64,000 nt of DNA from Thermoplasmata archaeon (GTDB taxonomy: Archaea > Thermoplasmatota > Thermoplasmata > Thermoplasmatales > Thermoplasmataceae). Positions 19,711 through 29,742 of the stretch are shown here, in pieces. The notes under the pieces are model-generated. The model was not told the origin of the DNA and did not search any database. It saw only the letters and a list, made by a program, of their open reading frames with translations. A program made the translations under genes and the position numbers. The DNA is taken from assembly GCA_049965275.1 (NCBI GenBank), contig JBMFWM010000001.1:2752-66751 (forward strand), read 5' to 3'. Position 1 is the stretch's first letter. Each line of letters begins with the position of its first letter.

Positions 19711-19840
19711 TTCCGTTCTCGCTCACATGCTTTCTCTCTTCATTTATTTATTCTATTACCCTCATTTTCTTTTCATCAATTACTTGGAAATAAGAAAAAC
19801 AAATGGCTTTTAATCAGGTTTTGATACACATGACAACTAA

Positions 19841-21691
19841 ATGTTCAGTGATACCATTGATTTTAGCAGGATAGAGGAGGAGGGGTATCCATTCATAAGG
19901 TATCACGGGATGATTTGTGGAAATAGAACTGCAGCCCTTGTTGCAGCGAATGGCACTATTGATTGGGCATGTCTCCCGAGGTTTGATTCAGACCCAGTGT
20001 TTGCATCTCTTCTTGACTCCAGGAAAGGTGGCTATTTCTCTATTAGACCTGCGGATACTTCAGATTTAAGGGTCTATCAGAACTACAAGGAAATGACGAA
20101 CATTCTGCATACCGAATTCATCCGGAATGGCAAGACTGTGCTTCGTCTTACAGACTTCATTCCTGCCTCTGAATATTCGACAATAAATTTTCCCGAGATA
20201 CACAGGTACGTCGAAGCGCCTGAAACGGACATCCGGGTCAACGTCGAATTCAAGCCCATCTTCGATTTCACTCGCGCAAAACCCAGCATTGAGAAAACAA
20301 CCTCCGGGTACATATTCAAATCGGATTCTCGGTCTGCGGCAATCGTAAGCGATTCACCTCTTTATCTTAAGGATGATACTGTAGTGGGATCCTTTCTCCT
20401 TAAACGCTATGCGTCAAAATGGCTTGTTCTTCTCATGGACGTTAAGAATCTGGCCAAGATCACTGATTACAAGTCTTATGAACGCCTAGAGGAGACATCC
20501 AACTACTGGAGGAACTGGCTTTCACAGTGCAACTATCACGGAGTCTACAGCCAGCAGGTTTCGAGATCTGCACTTGCTCTCAAAGGACTGTTCTACGAAC
20601 CCACTGGCCTCATGGTTGCAGCTCCCACTTCCAGCCTTCCAGAAGCCATTGGAGGAGAGAGGAATTTTGATTACAGGTATGCTTGGGTCAGGGACACCGC
20701 CTATGTGGTTGAAGCTCTTTCAATGATCGGGCTGAAAAAGGAAGCGACCAAATTCCTTTATGATATGATGGAAAGCATAACTAAGAGCAACCAGCTCCGA
20801 ACAATATACACAATAGACGGGAGCACATCACTCAGGGAGAGAACAATTGATTTTGACGGCTACATGCATACAAAACCTGTCCGTGTCGGGAACAAGGCTT
20901 CCAGCCAACTCCAGATAGATGAATATGGATCAATCATAAATGCAATTTACTATCTTGCGAGGATTGGGGGAATAGTCAACTCATACCTCTGGAACTTCGT
21001 GGTGGATTTCCTCAAAACGCTGGAGAAACTTTGGAAAGAACCTGACTCCAGCATTTGGGAGTTCAGGACTGAACCGAAGCACTACGTTTACTCAAAACTG
21101 ATCTGCTGGTCCGCCTTCGACCGTGCCATCCTCATGGGAAAGATGCTAAAGATGTCCGGCCCGTTTGATGCTTGGAGGGAGATTGCGAACCAGATCAAGA
21201 AAGCCATACTTGACAATGGGGTGGACCCGACTGGATCTTACCTTACGCAGTACTTCGGTTCCGATCAGGTTGACGGCGCGCTTTTGCGGCTGCCGCTCCT
21301 TGGGTTCTTGCCCACAAGTGATCCGCTCGTTTCTGGAACAATCGAGAAAATAGAAGAGGATCTTATGTATGATGGCTATCTTTTCCGACGATACCTCAAT
21401 GACGACGGATTCCGTGTTCCGGATAATGCCTTCCTGCTTCTCTCGTTCTGGTATGTTGAGGATCTCGTGTATCTTGGCAAGATGCGAAAAGCACGTGAGG
21501 CTTTTGAAAGCCTGATACAGAGAGGGAATCATTTAAACCTCTTCTCTGAGGAGATAGATCTTAAGTCAGGCGAGATGCTTGGTAATTTTCCTCAGGCATT
21601 ATCTCACATTGGCGTGGTGAGAGTAGCGACCCGGCTCAACGAGTCATTCAAGCAAAAGCTTAATGCTTCAAGCGTCAAGAGCAACTATTGA
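19841..21691 (+). CDS. Glycoside hydrolase family 15 (glucoamylase/trehalase-like)
   Basis: NFDYRYAWVRDTAY and (alpha/alpha)6-barrel type motifs in 616 aa. GH15 trehalases are known from Thermoplasma species. Confidence 0.8.
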   Translation: MFSDTIDFSRIEEEGYPFIRYHGMICGNRTAALVAANGTIDWACLPRFDSDPVFASLLDSRKGGYFSIRPADTSDLRVYQNYKEMTNILHTEFIRNGKTVLRLTDFIPASEYSTINFPEIHRYVEAPETDIRVNVEFKPIFDFTRAKPSIEKTTSGYIFKSDSRSAAIVSDSPLYLKDDTVVGSFLLKRYASKWLVLLMDVKNLAKITDYKSYERLEETSNYWRNWLSQCNYHGVYSQQVSRSALALKGLFYEPTGLMVAAPTSSLPEAIGGERNFDYRYAWVRDTAYVVEALSMIGLKKEATKFLYDMMESITKSNQLRTIYTIDGSTSLRERTIDFDGYMHTKPVRVGNKASSQLQIDEYGSIINAIYYLARIGGIVNSYLWNFVVDFLKTLEKLWKEPDSSIWEFRTEPKHYVYSKLICWSAFDRAILMGKMLKMSGPFDAWREIANQIKKAILDNGVDPTGSYLTQYFGSDQVDGALLRLPLLGFLPTSDPLVSGTIEKIEEDLMYDGYLFRRYLNDDGFRVPDNAFLLLSFWYVEDLVYLGKMRKAREAFESLIQRGNHLNLFSEEIDLKSGEMLGNFPQALSHIGVVRVATRLNESFKQKLNASSVKSNY

Positions 21692-21693
21692 TC

Positions 21694-22218
21694 CTAATCG
21701 AGGCCTCTCTGACGCCTTGAATAGCTTCCCTCACGTCTTCTCAGATTAAAAGATACGAGCAGCAATATGAAGCCAGAGGCAAAAAGTGATACACCAAAAA
21801 CAATTGTATATGTAACCACATAACTTATCCTGTAGACTGTGAGCCTGGCGTATGCATTTAGGTTTGCATTATTCTTCAGGATAAGTGTCCAGTTTCCTGA
21901 ATCTCCTGCAACCACATCCTTCTTTAATGAACCGTTTCCAGTAATGTTACCTATGGCAGTAACTGCTCCTGACGGTGCAACCAGGCAGGCTGTAAAGTTT
22001 GCTCTTGAGTTATTTGCTACCACTGAATAAAAAAGATAATCCCCCTGTTTTATTGTGACATTGTACGTAAGATGATATGAGGATCCGGCCTGAATGCTTA
22101 CATCCTTTGATTCGGGAGTATCGGATATTATGAATACGACAGAAAGCGCGATCAGGACAATGGCTATCACAATAAGGATGTATGACAGCCTAGCAATTTT
22201 CTTATAGTCCCTCAGCAC
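21694..22218 (-). CDS. Hypothetical bitopic membrane protein with a sequon-rich ectodomain
   Basis: N- and C-terminal hydrophobic helices, several N-x-S/T sites, and an R-rich tail. Confidence 0.5.
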   Translation of the reverse strand: MLRDYKKIARLSYILIVIAIVLIALSVVFIISDTPESKDVSIQAGSSYHLTYNVTIKQGDYLFYSVVANNSRANFTACLVAPSGAVTAIGNITGNGSLKKDVVAGDSGNWTLILKNNANLNAYARLTVYRISYVVTYTIVFGVSLFASGFILLLVSFNLRRREGSYSRRQRGLD

Positions 22219-22267
22219 CTGTCAGATCCCGCTCCTGTACTAAGAGATAACCCTGCATCATAATAAA

Positions 22268-24625
22268 TCATTTCCTAACCTGCGCCATTAGGTCCGGGGA
22301 TTCATCTATGGAGACGATTTCCGCCCTTGTCACTCCCTCGATGAGCCTTCTGTGCTTCTCAAGCAATCCTCTTTCGCCGTGAAGGATGATACTGCTTCCT
22401 GAAACCTTCCCGGATTTTGATGCTTCAGATCTGATCATGGCTATCGTCCGGATTACATATTCGAGGTTCCTGTGCATTTCTTCAGAGGCTGCAGGATATG
22501 AGACCGGCCAGGATTGATTGTGAATGGATCCTTCCTTCTTGAGGACTGTATGATACAGTTCCTCTGTGATGAATGGCATTATCGGAGCATACATTTTCAG
22601 AATAGACTCAAATGCAACATAAAGCGTTGAGGCAATCTCCATTCTCTCGGCAGGATCCAGATCCTCCATCTTCATCCTCGCTTTGGATATTTCAAGGTAG
22701 TTGTCGCAAAACGTGTTCCAGAAGAAGTTGTCAAGCACCATGCGTGCTTTGGAAAGGCTGTATGAGTTCATGAATTCCGTCATGGATCTGGTCACCTCAG
22801 CCAGTTCCTTTAATATCCAGTTTTCAGGTTCTCCCTTCACGCTTTCAATAGTGGAAACATGTCCTTCCCCCAGGGTTGAGACAAGGTTGCCCGCGTTCAG
22901 TATTTTTACCACTGTCTTGCGGCCTCTCATGAAGTCCTTCTCGTCAATCGATATGTCCTCACCGTTACCAGAGACCGTTGACCAGTGCCTGACAGCATCA
23001 GATCCGTATTTCTGTACAAAATCATTTGGTGAAAACTTGTCTCCGCGGCTCTTGCTCATCTTCAGTCCCTGTGGATTCTTGACTATCCCGCTCAGCACTA
23101 TTTGGCCCCATGGAAGCTTATTGTCATGAATCATTGCCCTAACTATGCTTGTGAATGCCCAGGAGGTGATGATCTCGTGACCCTGGAATCTCGCAGTCAT
23201 TGGATATATTTTCTCGAACAGGCCTCTAGGCAAGCTTGCAAGTCTTGGAGAAAGAGAAGAAGTTGCCCAGGTGTCCATCACATCTGTCTCTCCAACAAAT
23301 TCTGTTCCACTGCACTTTGGACAGGAACCATTGTACTTTGTGAATCTTGGATCCACAGGAAGCATGGTTACATCTGCATAGACAATTTCGCCGCAGTTCT
23401 TGCAATACCAGAGAGGGAAAGTGACTCCAAAAACCCTTTGCCTTGATATGCACCAGTCAACCTTCAATCCTCTGACCCAGTTATCATACCTGACCTTCAT
23501 GAAATCCGGGTACCACTTTATGGAATTTCCGGCAGCGTCCATTCTATCCCTGAGATCCAGGTACTTTATGTACCATTGATCGAGGATGCCTATTTCAACG
23601 GGAGTGTCGCACCGTTCATGTACGTTGACTGTCTGTTTCTTCCTTTCTGCTTTCGTTATAAACCCATTTGATTTTAGATGCTCGACAATAATTTTTCTTG
23701 CCTCTGTTGTAGTGATGCCGGCACGTACAAAAGAGTCGCCGTTCATTCTGCCATTTGAGTCGATTATGATCCTTGTATCCAGTGAATACTTCCTCCAGAG
23801 ATCAACGTCATTCTGGTCTCCAAAAGTACATACCATCTCGGCTCCTGTGCCTTTCCCCGGGTCTACGAAAGGATCTGAATGGATCCTGACACTGAAATCA
23901 TATAATGGGACTGATACTTTTTTTCCTATGAATTCTGAATATCTTGCATCATCCGGGTTCACGAACACGGCAACACATGATCCAAGCATCTCAGGTCGTG
24001 TTGTCGCTATTTGTATGTCCTTTGTATCGACTCCTTTGAATCGAATATAATAAAAGTCTGTTTCCCTCTCCATGTCCTTCATATCGATTTGCGAGATCGC
24101 CGTCCTGCATGACGGGCAGATAAGTACAGGACCTTTGTTCCTGTAAGCCCTCTTCTTCCGGACAAGATCCAGAAACATTGTTTGCGATATCCTCCTGGAC
24201 TCTTCGGAATAAGTCCGATATGCATTGCGCAGATCTGCGCTGAGTCCAAGTTTCCTGAACATTTCTTTTATTTTAGCCCCTCCTTCAAGGCCAGCCTCGT
24301 TGCAAAGACCTATAAATTCTTCCGGCTGGAAATCACGCAACCTCTTCCCTGAAATTTTTTCAGTATATTTTTCGGTAGGCAGGCCATTGTCATCGAAGCC
24401 CATAGGATAAAACACATTAAAGCCGGACATTCGTTTAAAGCGAGCAATTATGTCCTGGTGAACATATGAAAATGAATGCCCCATATGGAGATCACCAGAC
24501 ACCGTAGGAGGAGGAGAGTCAATCGAATATATCTCGCCTCTGGCGTCTGGGTTGAAGGCATAGGTAGAGTGTTCCTCCCAGAATACTCTCCACTTCTCTT
24601 CCATCTTTGCCATGTCCAGATCCAT
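22268..24625 (-). CDS. valS: Valine--tRNA ligase
   Basis: Class Ia motifs PPPTVSGDLHMGH (HIGH) and KMSKSRG (KMSKS), plus a CP1 editing insertion. The 785-aa size fits archaeal ValRS better than IleRS or LeuRS. Confidence 0.8.
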   Translation of the reverse strand: MDLDMAKMEEKWRVFWEEHSTYAFNPDARGEIYSIDSPPPTVSGDLHMGHSFSYVHQDIIARFKRMSGFNVFYPMGFDDNGLPTEKYTEKISGKRLRDFQPEEFIGLCNEAGLEGGAKIKEMFRKLGLSADLRNAYRTYSEESRRISQTMFLDLVRKKRAYRNKGPVLICPSCRTAISQIDMKDMERETDFYYIRFKGVDTKDIQIATTRPEMLGSCVAVFVNPDDARYSEFIGKKVSVPLYDFSVRIHSDPFVDPGKGTGAEMVCTFGDQNDVDLWRKYSLDTRIIIDSNGRMNGDSFVRAGITTTEARKIIVEHLKSNGFITKAERKKQTVNVHERCDTPVEIGILDQWYIKYLDLRDRMDAAGNSIKWYPDFMKVRYDNWVRGLKVDWCISRQRVFGVTFPLWYCKNCGEIVYADVTMLPVDPRFTKYNGSCPKCSGTEFVGETDVMDTWATSSLSPRLASLPRGLFEKIYPMTARFQGHEIITSWAFTSIVRAMIHDNKLPWGQIVLSGIVKNPQGLKMSKSRGDKFSPNDFVQKYGSDAVRHWSTVSGNGEDISIDEKDFMRGRKTVVKILNAGNLVSTLGEGHVSTIESVKGEPENWILKELAEVTRSMTEFMNSYSLSKARMVLDNFFWNTFCDNYLEISKARMKMEDLDPAERMEIASTLYVAFESILKMYAPIMPFITEELYHTVLKKEGSIHNQSWPVSYPAASEEMHRNLEYVIRTIAMIRSEASKSGKVSGSSIILHGERGLLEKHRRLIEGVTRAEIVSIDESPDLMAQVRK

Positions 24626-24700
24626 AGAGGATTATTGCTAGGATCTTAAAAATCTAGGCGGTTAAATCATAGATAGGTTGGTTATATCAGAACGCCTATT

Positions 24701-25129
24701 TCATTTCCTGATTGAAAGTTTACTGGCTAATTCCTTCATTTCAGCAGCTTGAAGGCCGTGAGAGATCTCTTTCCACCAGCCAGCAATGTTTATACCATCA
24801 TTTGTCCGTCTGGGTATGACATGCATGTGGAGATGGAAGACGCTCTGATTGGCAGTCTCATGATTAGCAAGAAAGAGGTTTGTCCCTGCGCAAAAACCGG
24901 TTTCAACCATATGCGATGAGAAGCGGCGTGCAACCTCTGCAACCTTTCCGAAAGTTTCTGCATCTACATTCTCAAGATATTCAAAATGATGCTTCGGTAT
25001 GACGAGTAAATGACCTCTGGAAATAGGGTTAACATCAAGGATGGCAATAACATCTGAATCATCATACAATCTTGCGGAAGGAATCTCTCCTGCGACTATT
25101 CTACAGAACACGCAATCATTATTTTCCAT
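24701..25129 (-). CDS. HIT-family nucleotide hydrolase/transferase
   Basis: CVFCRI N-terminus and histidine triad HLHMHVIP. The start at 25129 (MENNDCVFC) is preferred over 25162. Confidence 0.85.
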   Translation of the reverse strand: MENNDCVFCRIVAGEIPSARLYDDSDVIAILDVNPISRGHLLVIPKHHFEYLENVDAETFGKVAEVARRFSSHMVETGFCAGTNLFLANHETANQSVFHLHMHVIPRRTNDGINIAGWWKEISHGLQAAEMKELASKLSIRK

Positions 25130-25358
25130 GGGTATTGAATGTGCCGATGTATAAAAACTCATTCAGTTACGGCATTAAAGAATGCCTGCGTTGGAACAAG
25201 ATTCAAAAACTTTCTATGCGTTCACATTTATCTTAAATAAAATATTAATGCGCTTTCATCTATCTTATACATAAAGATAAACTGCTGGCTAGACTCCAAA
25301 TTACAGGTTTTTAACGGAAGAGATAAGCTACTGGAGTAATTACCACTCTTGTATTCAC

Positions 25359-26171
25359 ATGACAGAGAAGAACAATATACAATTCAAGGTTCTTGTTGAA
25401 TCTGGACAGGATCCATCAAGCAAGTCAATCTCGGCTCACATAATTGAACATTATCCGTTTCAACCTAGTTCTATTAAAGGAATCCTGACTTATGATGGAT
25501 ACGCAATTTACAGGTCAGAAGAGAGGCACCTCAACATGAACGGATTGGAAGAAGTACTTGCAGAACTGGGCATAAAAGCTTCAACAATCATTTTCCTATC
25601 CAAGCACAGTTCGCAGGCAAAGATCAAGTCCCTTACTGTTCATGCAATGGGAAACATAGGAGAAGCACTTCTGGGAGGTTTTCCATCACAGGTCTCTATG
25701 TCTGATCCTGGAAACATGTCTTCGGCGTTAAGGATTATGAGGAAGAACCCAGTTGAAGGCTTCAACATAACATTTGAAGCAACGCATCATGGCCCGCTCA
25801 TCAAGGCACCCTCCTTCTTCATAGAGATAGGTACAGAAAAGGAAGACTGGGAGAACAGGTCTGTGCTTGATACAGTATCAAAGGCTGTTATGAATTGCAG
25901 TGATGATGGTAAAGGCGGATTTATTGGCATCGGAGGCGGGCACTATTCTCCAAAGATCACTGAATATGCAGTCTCCAGTGGCATCAATGTGGGGCACATA
26001 CTATCAAAGCATACCCATGAATTTCTTACTGTTGACCTGCTAAAGCAATGCGTAGAGAGAACCAAGGGATTCATGGGATTCCTGGTGGACTGGAAGGGTA
26101 CTAGAGGTCCAATCAGGGAAATGGTCCGAAACATTGCATCTGAAGGATCATTTGAATTAATCTCTATATGA
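25359..26171 (+). CDS. dtdA: D-aminoacyl-tRNA deacylase, archaeal DtdA type
   Basis: LSKHSSQAKIKSLTVHAMGN and FEATHHGP motifs are characteristic of DTD2. Confidence 0.8.
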   Translation: MTEKNNIQFKVLVESGQDPSSKSISAHIIEHYPFQPSSIKGILTYDGYAIYRSEERHLNMNGLEEVLAELGIKASTIIFLSKHSSQAKIKSLTVHAMGNIGEALLGGFPSQVSMSDPGNMSSALRIMRKNPVEGFNITFEATHHGPLIKAPSFFIEIGTEKEDWENRSVLDTVSKAVMNCSDDGKGGFIGIGGGHYSPKITEYAVSSGINVGHILSKHTHEFLTVDLLKQCVERTKGFMGFLVDWKGTRGPIREMVRNIASEGSFELISI

Positions 26172-26322
26172 GAATATATTAATTATCATATATATAGAAT
26201 ATGATATTTATTTTCCTGCTGTTCCACGTGTTTTTGAAATAATTTTAGTTCTAGACTTGACATAACATTTAAATACTATCAAATTCTTTACATTTAAGGT
26301 TAAAAGCCAAGGAATAAAGTAA

Positions 26323-27288
26323 ATGGAAGAGTGTGTGGAGGACGAGCCTCCTAATAAAACACCTTTTTTCCGTGCACGCAAGATGGAGAGAGTTCTCAAT
26401 TTCAAACGACTTTTTGTGAAATATGAGGGCGGCGGTGTCACGGGAACACAGAAAGACAGGATCTCTAAGTATCATGTCATGAGGGCGCGGGAACTTGGAT
26501 ATGACACGGTTTCATTAGGGTCCTGCGGTAATTATGGCGCATCGCTTGCTTATTTTGCAGGCGAGTATGGAATGAACTCAATAATTGGAGTGCCTTCATC
26601 CTATTCTGGTGACCGGCTATCGGAAATCAGGTCGTATGGAGGCAGCCTCCTTGAGCTTCCAATGAAATATGAAGAGGTCGTTGAATACATGCGCCAGAAG
26701 GCTACTGACGAGAACTGGTACGATTCGAACCCCGGAAATTCAAATTCGGAACTCGACTTTCAGGGCTATTCGCAGATCGCTTCTGAAATCGTTAGCCAGC
26801 TCGGAAGAACTCCGGAATTTATATCTGCACCTGTCGGGAACGGTACTACGCTTACTGGTATATACAAAGGATTCAGGTTGCTGAGAGATGCTGGATTGAT
26901 TGATTCAGTTCCCAGGTTGATAGCGGCATCGACCGATGGTGGAAATCCTGTTGTCAGATCATGGAGGAAGGGACACAGGAAAATCCAGAATCTCGGACCA
27001 CTAGATATCAGAGAAACCTCCATAAACGAGCCTCTTGTATCTTATGTATCGTTTGATGGTCAGGCGGCCCTCGACTCGATATATGAAAGCAATGGCTTTG
27101 CATTCGAGGTCCCGGATACAGAGATGATGCGCTATTCCCAGCTTTTGATGGTTCATGAGAACGTCGACGCGCTTCCAGCTTCTAGTTCAGCTGTAGTGGC
27201 AGCCAACAGGGTTGCACAGATGCTTAACAGGAAGATAGATTGTGTTGTCATTATTACGGGTAAAGGGAAAAATTGGAAGATGCAGTAG
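26323..27288 (+). CDS. Fold-type II PLP-dependent enzyme (threonine synthase / cysteine synthase / SbnA-like)
   Basis: TPFF...VKYEGGGVTGTQK(44)DR places the PLP lysine (codon at 26452-26454). SCGNYG and the glycine loop PVGNGTT are also present. Confidence 0.75.
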   Translation: MEECVEDEPPNKTPFFRARKMERVLNFKRLFVKYEGGGVTGTQKDRISKYHVMRARELGYDTVSLGSCGNYGASLAYFAGEYGMNSIIGVPSSYSGDRLSEIRSYGGSLLELPMKYEEVVEYMRQKATDENWYDSNPGNSNSELDFQGYSQIASEIVSQLGRTPEFISAPVGNGTTLTGIYKGFRLLRDAGLIDSVPRLIAASTDGGNPVVRSWRKGHRKIQNLGPLDIRETSINEPLVSYVSFDGQAALDSIYESNGFAFEVPDTEMMRYSQLLMVHENVDALPASSSAVVAANRVAQMLNRKIDCVVIITGKGKNWKMQ

Positions 27289-28310
27289 TCCTTGCAGAAT
27301 CGGTCTTTGGAACTACATACGGCAAAACTGCCAATGGTCTTGTGAGATTCTCAAGGCGCTATAACGTTAGATATGTCATTGACAGTAGCCATGCCGGCGA
27401 AGATGCAGGAATGATTCTTAATGGAAAGAAATGTGGAATCCCGGTAGTTCCTGCATTGCCAGTTAACGCCGATCCTCCGCTTTCGACTCTTGTCGTTGGT
27501 GTAGCAACAGATGGTGGCGTTCTACCTTCTAAATACAGGAAATTTATAGCTGATGCCCTCAAATCTGGCTTGAACGTTGTAAGTGGGCTTCATGAATTCC
27601 TTAGCGACGATCCAGAATTCGCCAAACTTGCCTCAAAGAACGGGAGATCAATAACCGACGTTCGGAAGATGTTCAGGGACAGGAAGGACATGTTCACAGG
27701 CAGGATCCTTGATGTGAAGTCCACGAAGATAGCGGTTCTGGGTACAGACAGTGCAGTCGGTAAACGAACCACTTCCGTTTTTCTTTCCGAGAGCATGAAA
27801 AAGAAAGGAAACACCTCGGAGATGATAGGCACCGGACAAACTTCCTGGATGCAGGGATTCAAGTACACAATAGTCCTTGACGCGATTATCAATGACTTTG
27901 TATCCGGCGCTCTGGAGACTGTCACGGTCGAAGCGTGGAACGATCTCCATCCGGATTATATGTTCCTGGAAGGCCAGGGGTCTGTGCTGCATCCCGCATA
28001 TCCTGGAAGCTTTGAGATAATCGGGGCGCTTCATCCTGATGCCATAGTACTTCAGCATTCCCCCAAACGCTTATACTATGACGGTTTTGAGAAGTTTAAA
28101 ATCCCGCCGCTTGAAAAATACATCCGGATTCTTGAACTCTTATCAGACAAGAAGGTCATAGCTGTCGCCATCAACCGCGACGATATGACAAACAGCGAGA
28201 TGCTTGACTACATGGACATGGTGGAAAAGAAGTACGGAATTCCGGCTTTCGATCCACTTGGAAATTTAGATCATATCACCGCGTATATCCAGGACACACT
28301 TGGGAAGTGA
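27273..28310 (+). CDS. DUF1611-family P-loop protein (DgcN-like)
   Basis: N-terminal VVLAESVFGTTYGKTANGLVRFS pattern and Walker A VLGTDSAVGKRTTS (27741-27773). It overlaps the upstream stop by 16 nt. Confidence 0.65.
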   Translation: MEDAVVLAESVFGTTYGKTANGLVRFSRRYNVRYVIDSSHAGEDAGMILNGKKCGIPVVPALPVNADPPLSTLVVGVATDGGVLPSKYRKFIADALKSGLNVVSGLHEFLSDDPEFAKLASKNGRSITDVRKMFRDRKDMFTGRILDVKSTKIAVLGTDSAVGKRTTSVFLSESMKKKGNTSEMIGTGQTSWMQGFKYTIVLDAIINDFVSGALETVTVEAWNDLHPDYMFLEGQGSVLHPAYPGSFEIIGALHPDAIVLQHSPKRLYYDGFEKFKIPPLEKYIRILELLSDKKVIAVAINRDDMTNSEMLDYMDMVEKKYGIPAFDPLGNLDHITAYIQDTLGK

Positions 28311-29742
28311 TTTAACGTCTGCTGACTATCGCGACCGAATTGCAATCATAGACAGGATCACTATCTCACGTCCAATCATTGAGAAGAGAAAGATCAGTTC
28401 CAGCATTCTAATTGACGCTCAAGGCGTAAGACATGAATTCCAACTTATCTTCTCTTACAGGGAGGATCTGCAGATAACCGAGAATCTTGCCGGACTCATA
28501 CTGACGATGCCGGCCATAAATTTCACTTATTTTGCCAAGGAACTGGTAATCGACTTTGAAGTCTCCGAGACAGATATTTCCCAGTTGAATGCATTCATCC
28601 ATGTAAACAACAGGGAGGTCTTTGTAAATGCAATATGCAGAAGAAGGTACGACTTCTACAAGGCAGAAGCTCTACCCCAACCTGATGAGATTACTGAAAT
28701 AAATGCAAATGGCCTCACCAAGCTGATTGCTAAAAATGTCATCCCAAATGCAGAAGCCAAAAAGTCTTCGATGAATAATGGGAAGGCTGCCGTTCTGTCA
28801 AGCGGTGGAAAGGAGAGCCTCCTGACATATTCTATCCTGAAAGAGACTGGCTTTGACGTCCACCCCATATTCTTCAACGAATCAGGGGCGCACTGGAGGG
28901 CTGCAAAACCTGCATTTGATTCCTTTACGCTGAACAATAGGAACACGACGAAGGTATGGTCAAATGCCGACAGGTTTTACAGGTTCTGCCTTGGGCTCCT
29001 GCCTTTCCTTAACCAGAGCGTGATCAGGAAAAGGACAGATACATACCCGGTACAGCTGTTCACATTTCCCGTCTACATAATGTCAATGGTCCCCGTGCTT
29101 ATATCGCGAGGAATTCCGATCGCATTCATGGGCAACGAGTTTGATGATCCAAAGGACATGCCACCGTTCCATGGCATACGGCACTACCACGCAATCTTCG
29201 ATCAGACACCTGATTTCACCAATATGATATCCTCATACCTTCTTTCCAAAGGCTTCAACCTCTCCATATCGTCTCTCGTATATCCAGTTACTGCAACAAT
29301 AGTCGAGCGCATTTTGATCCGGCGATATCCTGACATATTTGCACTGCAGCGCTCCTGTCATTCCTGCTCATCTATTGGCGGCAAGATAATACCATGCGGA
29401 AAGTGCTCGAAGTGCATGGGCATAATAATGCTCATCCTTGGATCCGGCGGAGACCCGGGGAGGATTGGATATAAAAAAGGAGATATCGAGAACGCGAAGA
29501 TCAGTTCCGGTAAGCTCCGTCTCGATTCAGACGAAATTGAATATCTCTATTCTGCGAATAAGGCGGATTCGCATGTAACAGGGATTCATGTGCTTCCCTT
29601 TGAAGACTATCCGTTTTCACTTCTCCCGAAAAGAATCCGGCAGGCTGTACTTCCTATCTTTAAGCAATATACCTCCGGTGTGTATGCCCTCGATAATGGT
29701 TCATGGAAGCAGACTCAGAAATATGATCCCATCATGGCCTGA
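28300..29742 (+). CDS. PP-loop ATP pyrophosphatase, QueC-like core with an unknown ~160-aa N-terminal domain
   Basis: SGGKES PP-loop at 28801-28818. A C-terminal CHSCx9CGKCSKC cluster at ~29356-29415 resembles the QueC Zn site. The start overlaps the upstream stop by 11 nt. Confidence 0.65.
   Translation: MGSDLTSADYRDRIAIIDRITISRPIIEKRKISSSILIDAQGVRHEFQLIFSYREDLQITENLAGLILTMPAINFTYFAKELVIDFEVSETDISQLNAFIHVNNREVFVNAICRRRYDFYKAEALPQPDEITEINANGLTKLIAKNVIPNAEAKKSSMNNGKAAVLSSGGKESLLTYSILKETGFDVHPIFFNESGAHWRAAKPAFDSFTLNNRNTTKVWSNADRFYRFCLGLLPFLNQSVIRKRTDTYPVQLFTFPVYIMSMVPVLISRGIPIAFMGNEFDDPKDMPPFHGIRHYHAIFDQTPDFTNMISSYLLSKGFNLSISSLVYPVTATIVERILIRRYPDIFALQRSCHSCSSIGGKIIPCGKCSKCMGIIMLILGSGGDPGRIGYKKGDIENAKISSGKLRLDSDEIEYLYSANKADSHVTGIHVLPFEDYPFSLLPKRIRQAVLPIFKQYTSGVYALDNGSWKQTQKYDPIMA

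Noticed and set aside
26185-26205. AT-only inverted repeat ATCATAT-n7-ATATGAT after the dtdA stop, as a terminator or operator
   Set aside because: A 7-8-bp all-A/T stem is thermodynamically weak and expected by chance in this AT-rich spacer. It is kept only as a note.
26722-26733. GATTCGAACCCC, resembling a tRNA T-arm
   Set aside because: It lies inside the well-supported PLP-enzyme CDS. No acceptor stem, anticodon arm or D-arm can be built around it.
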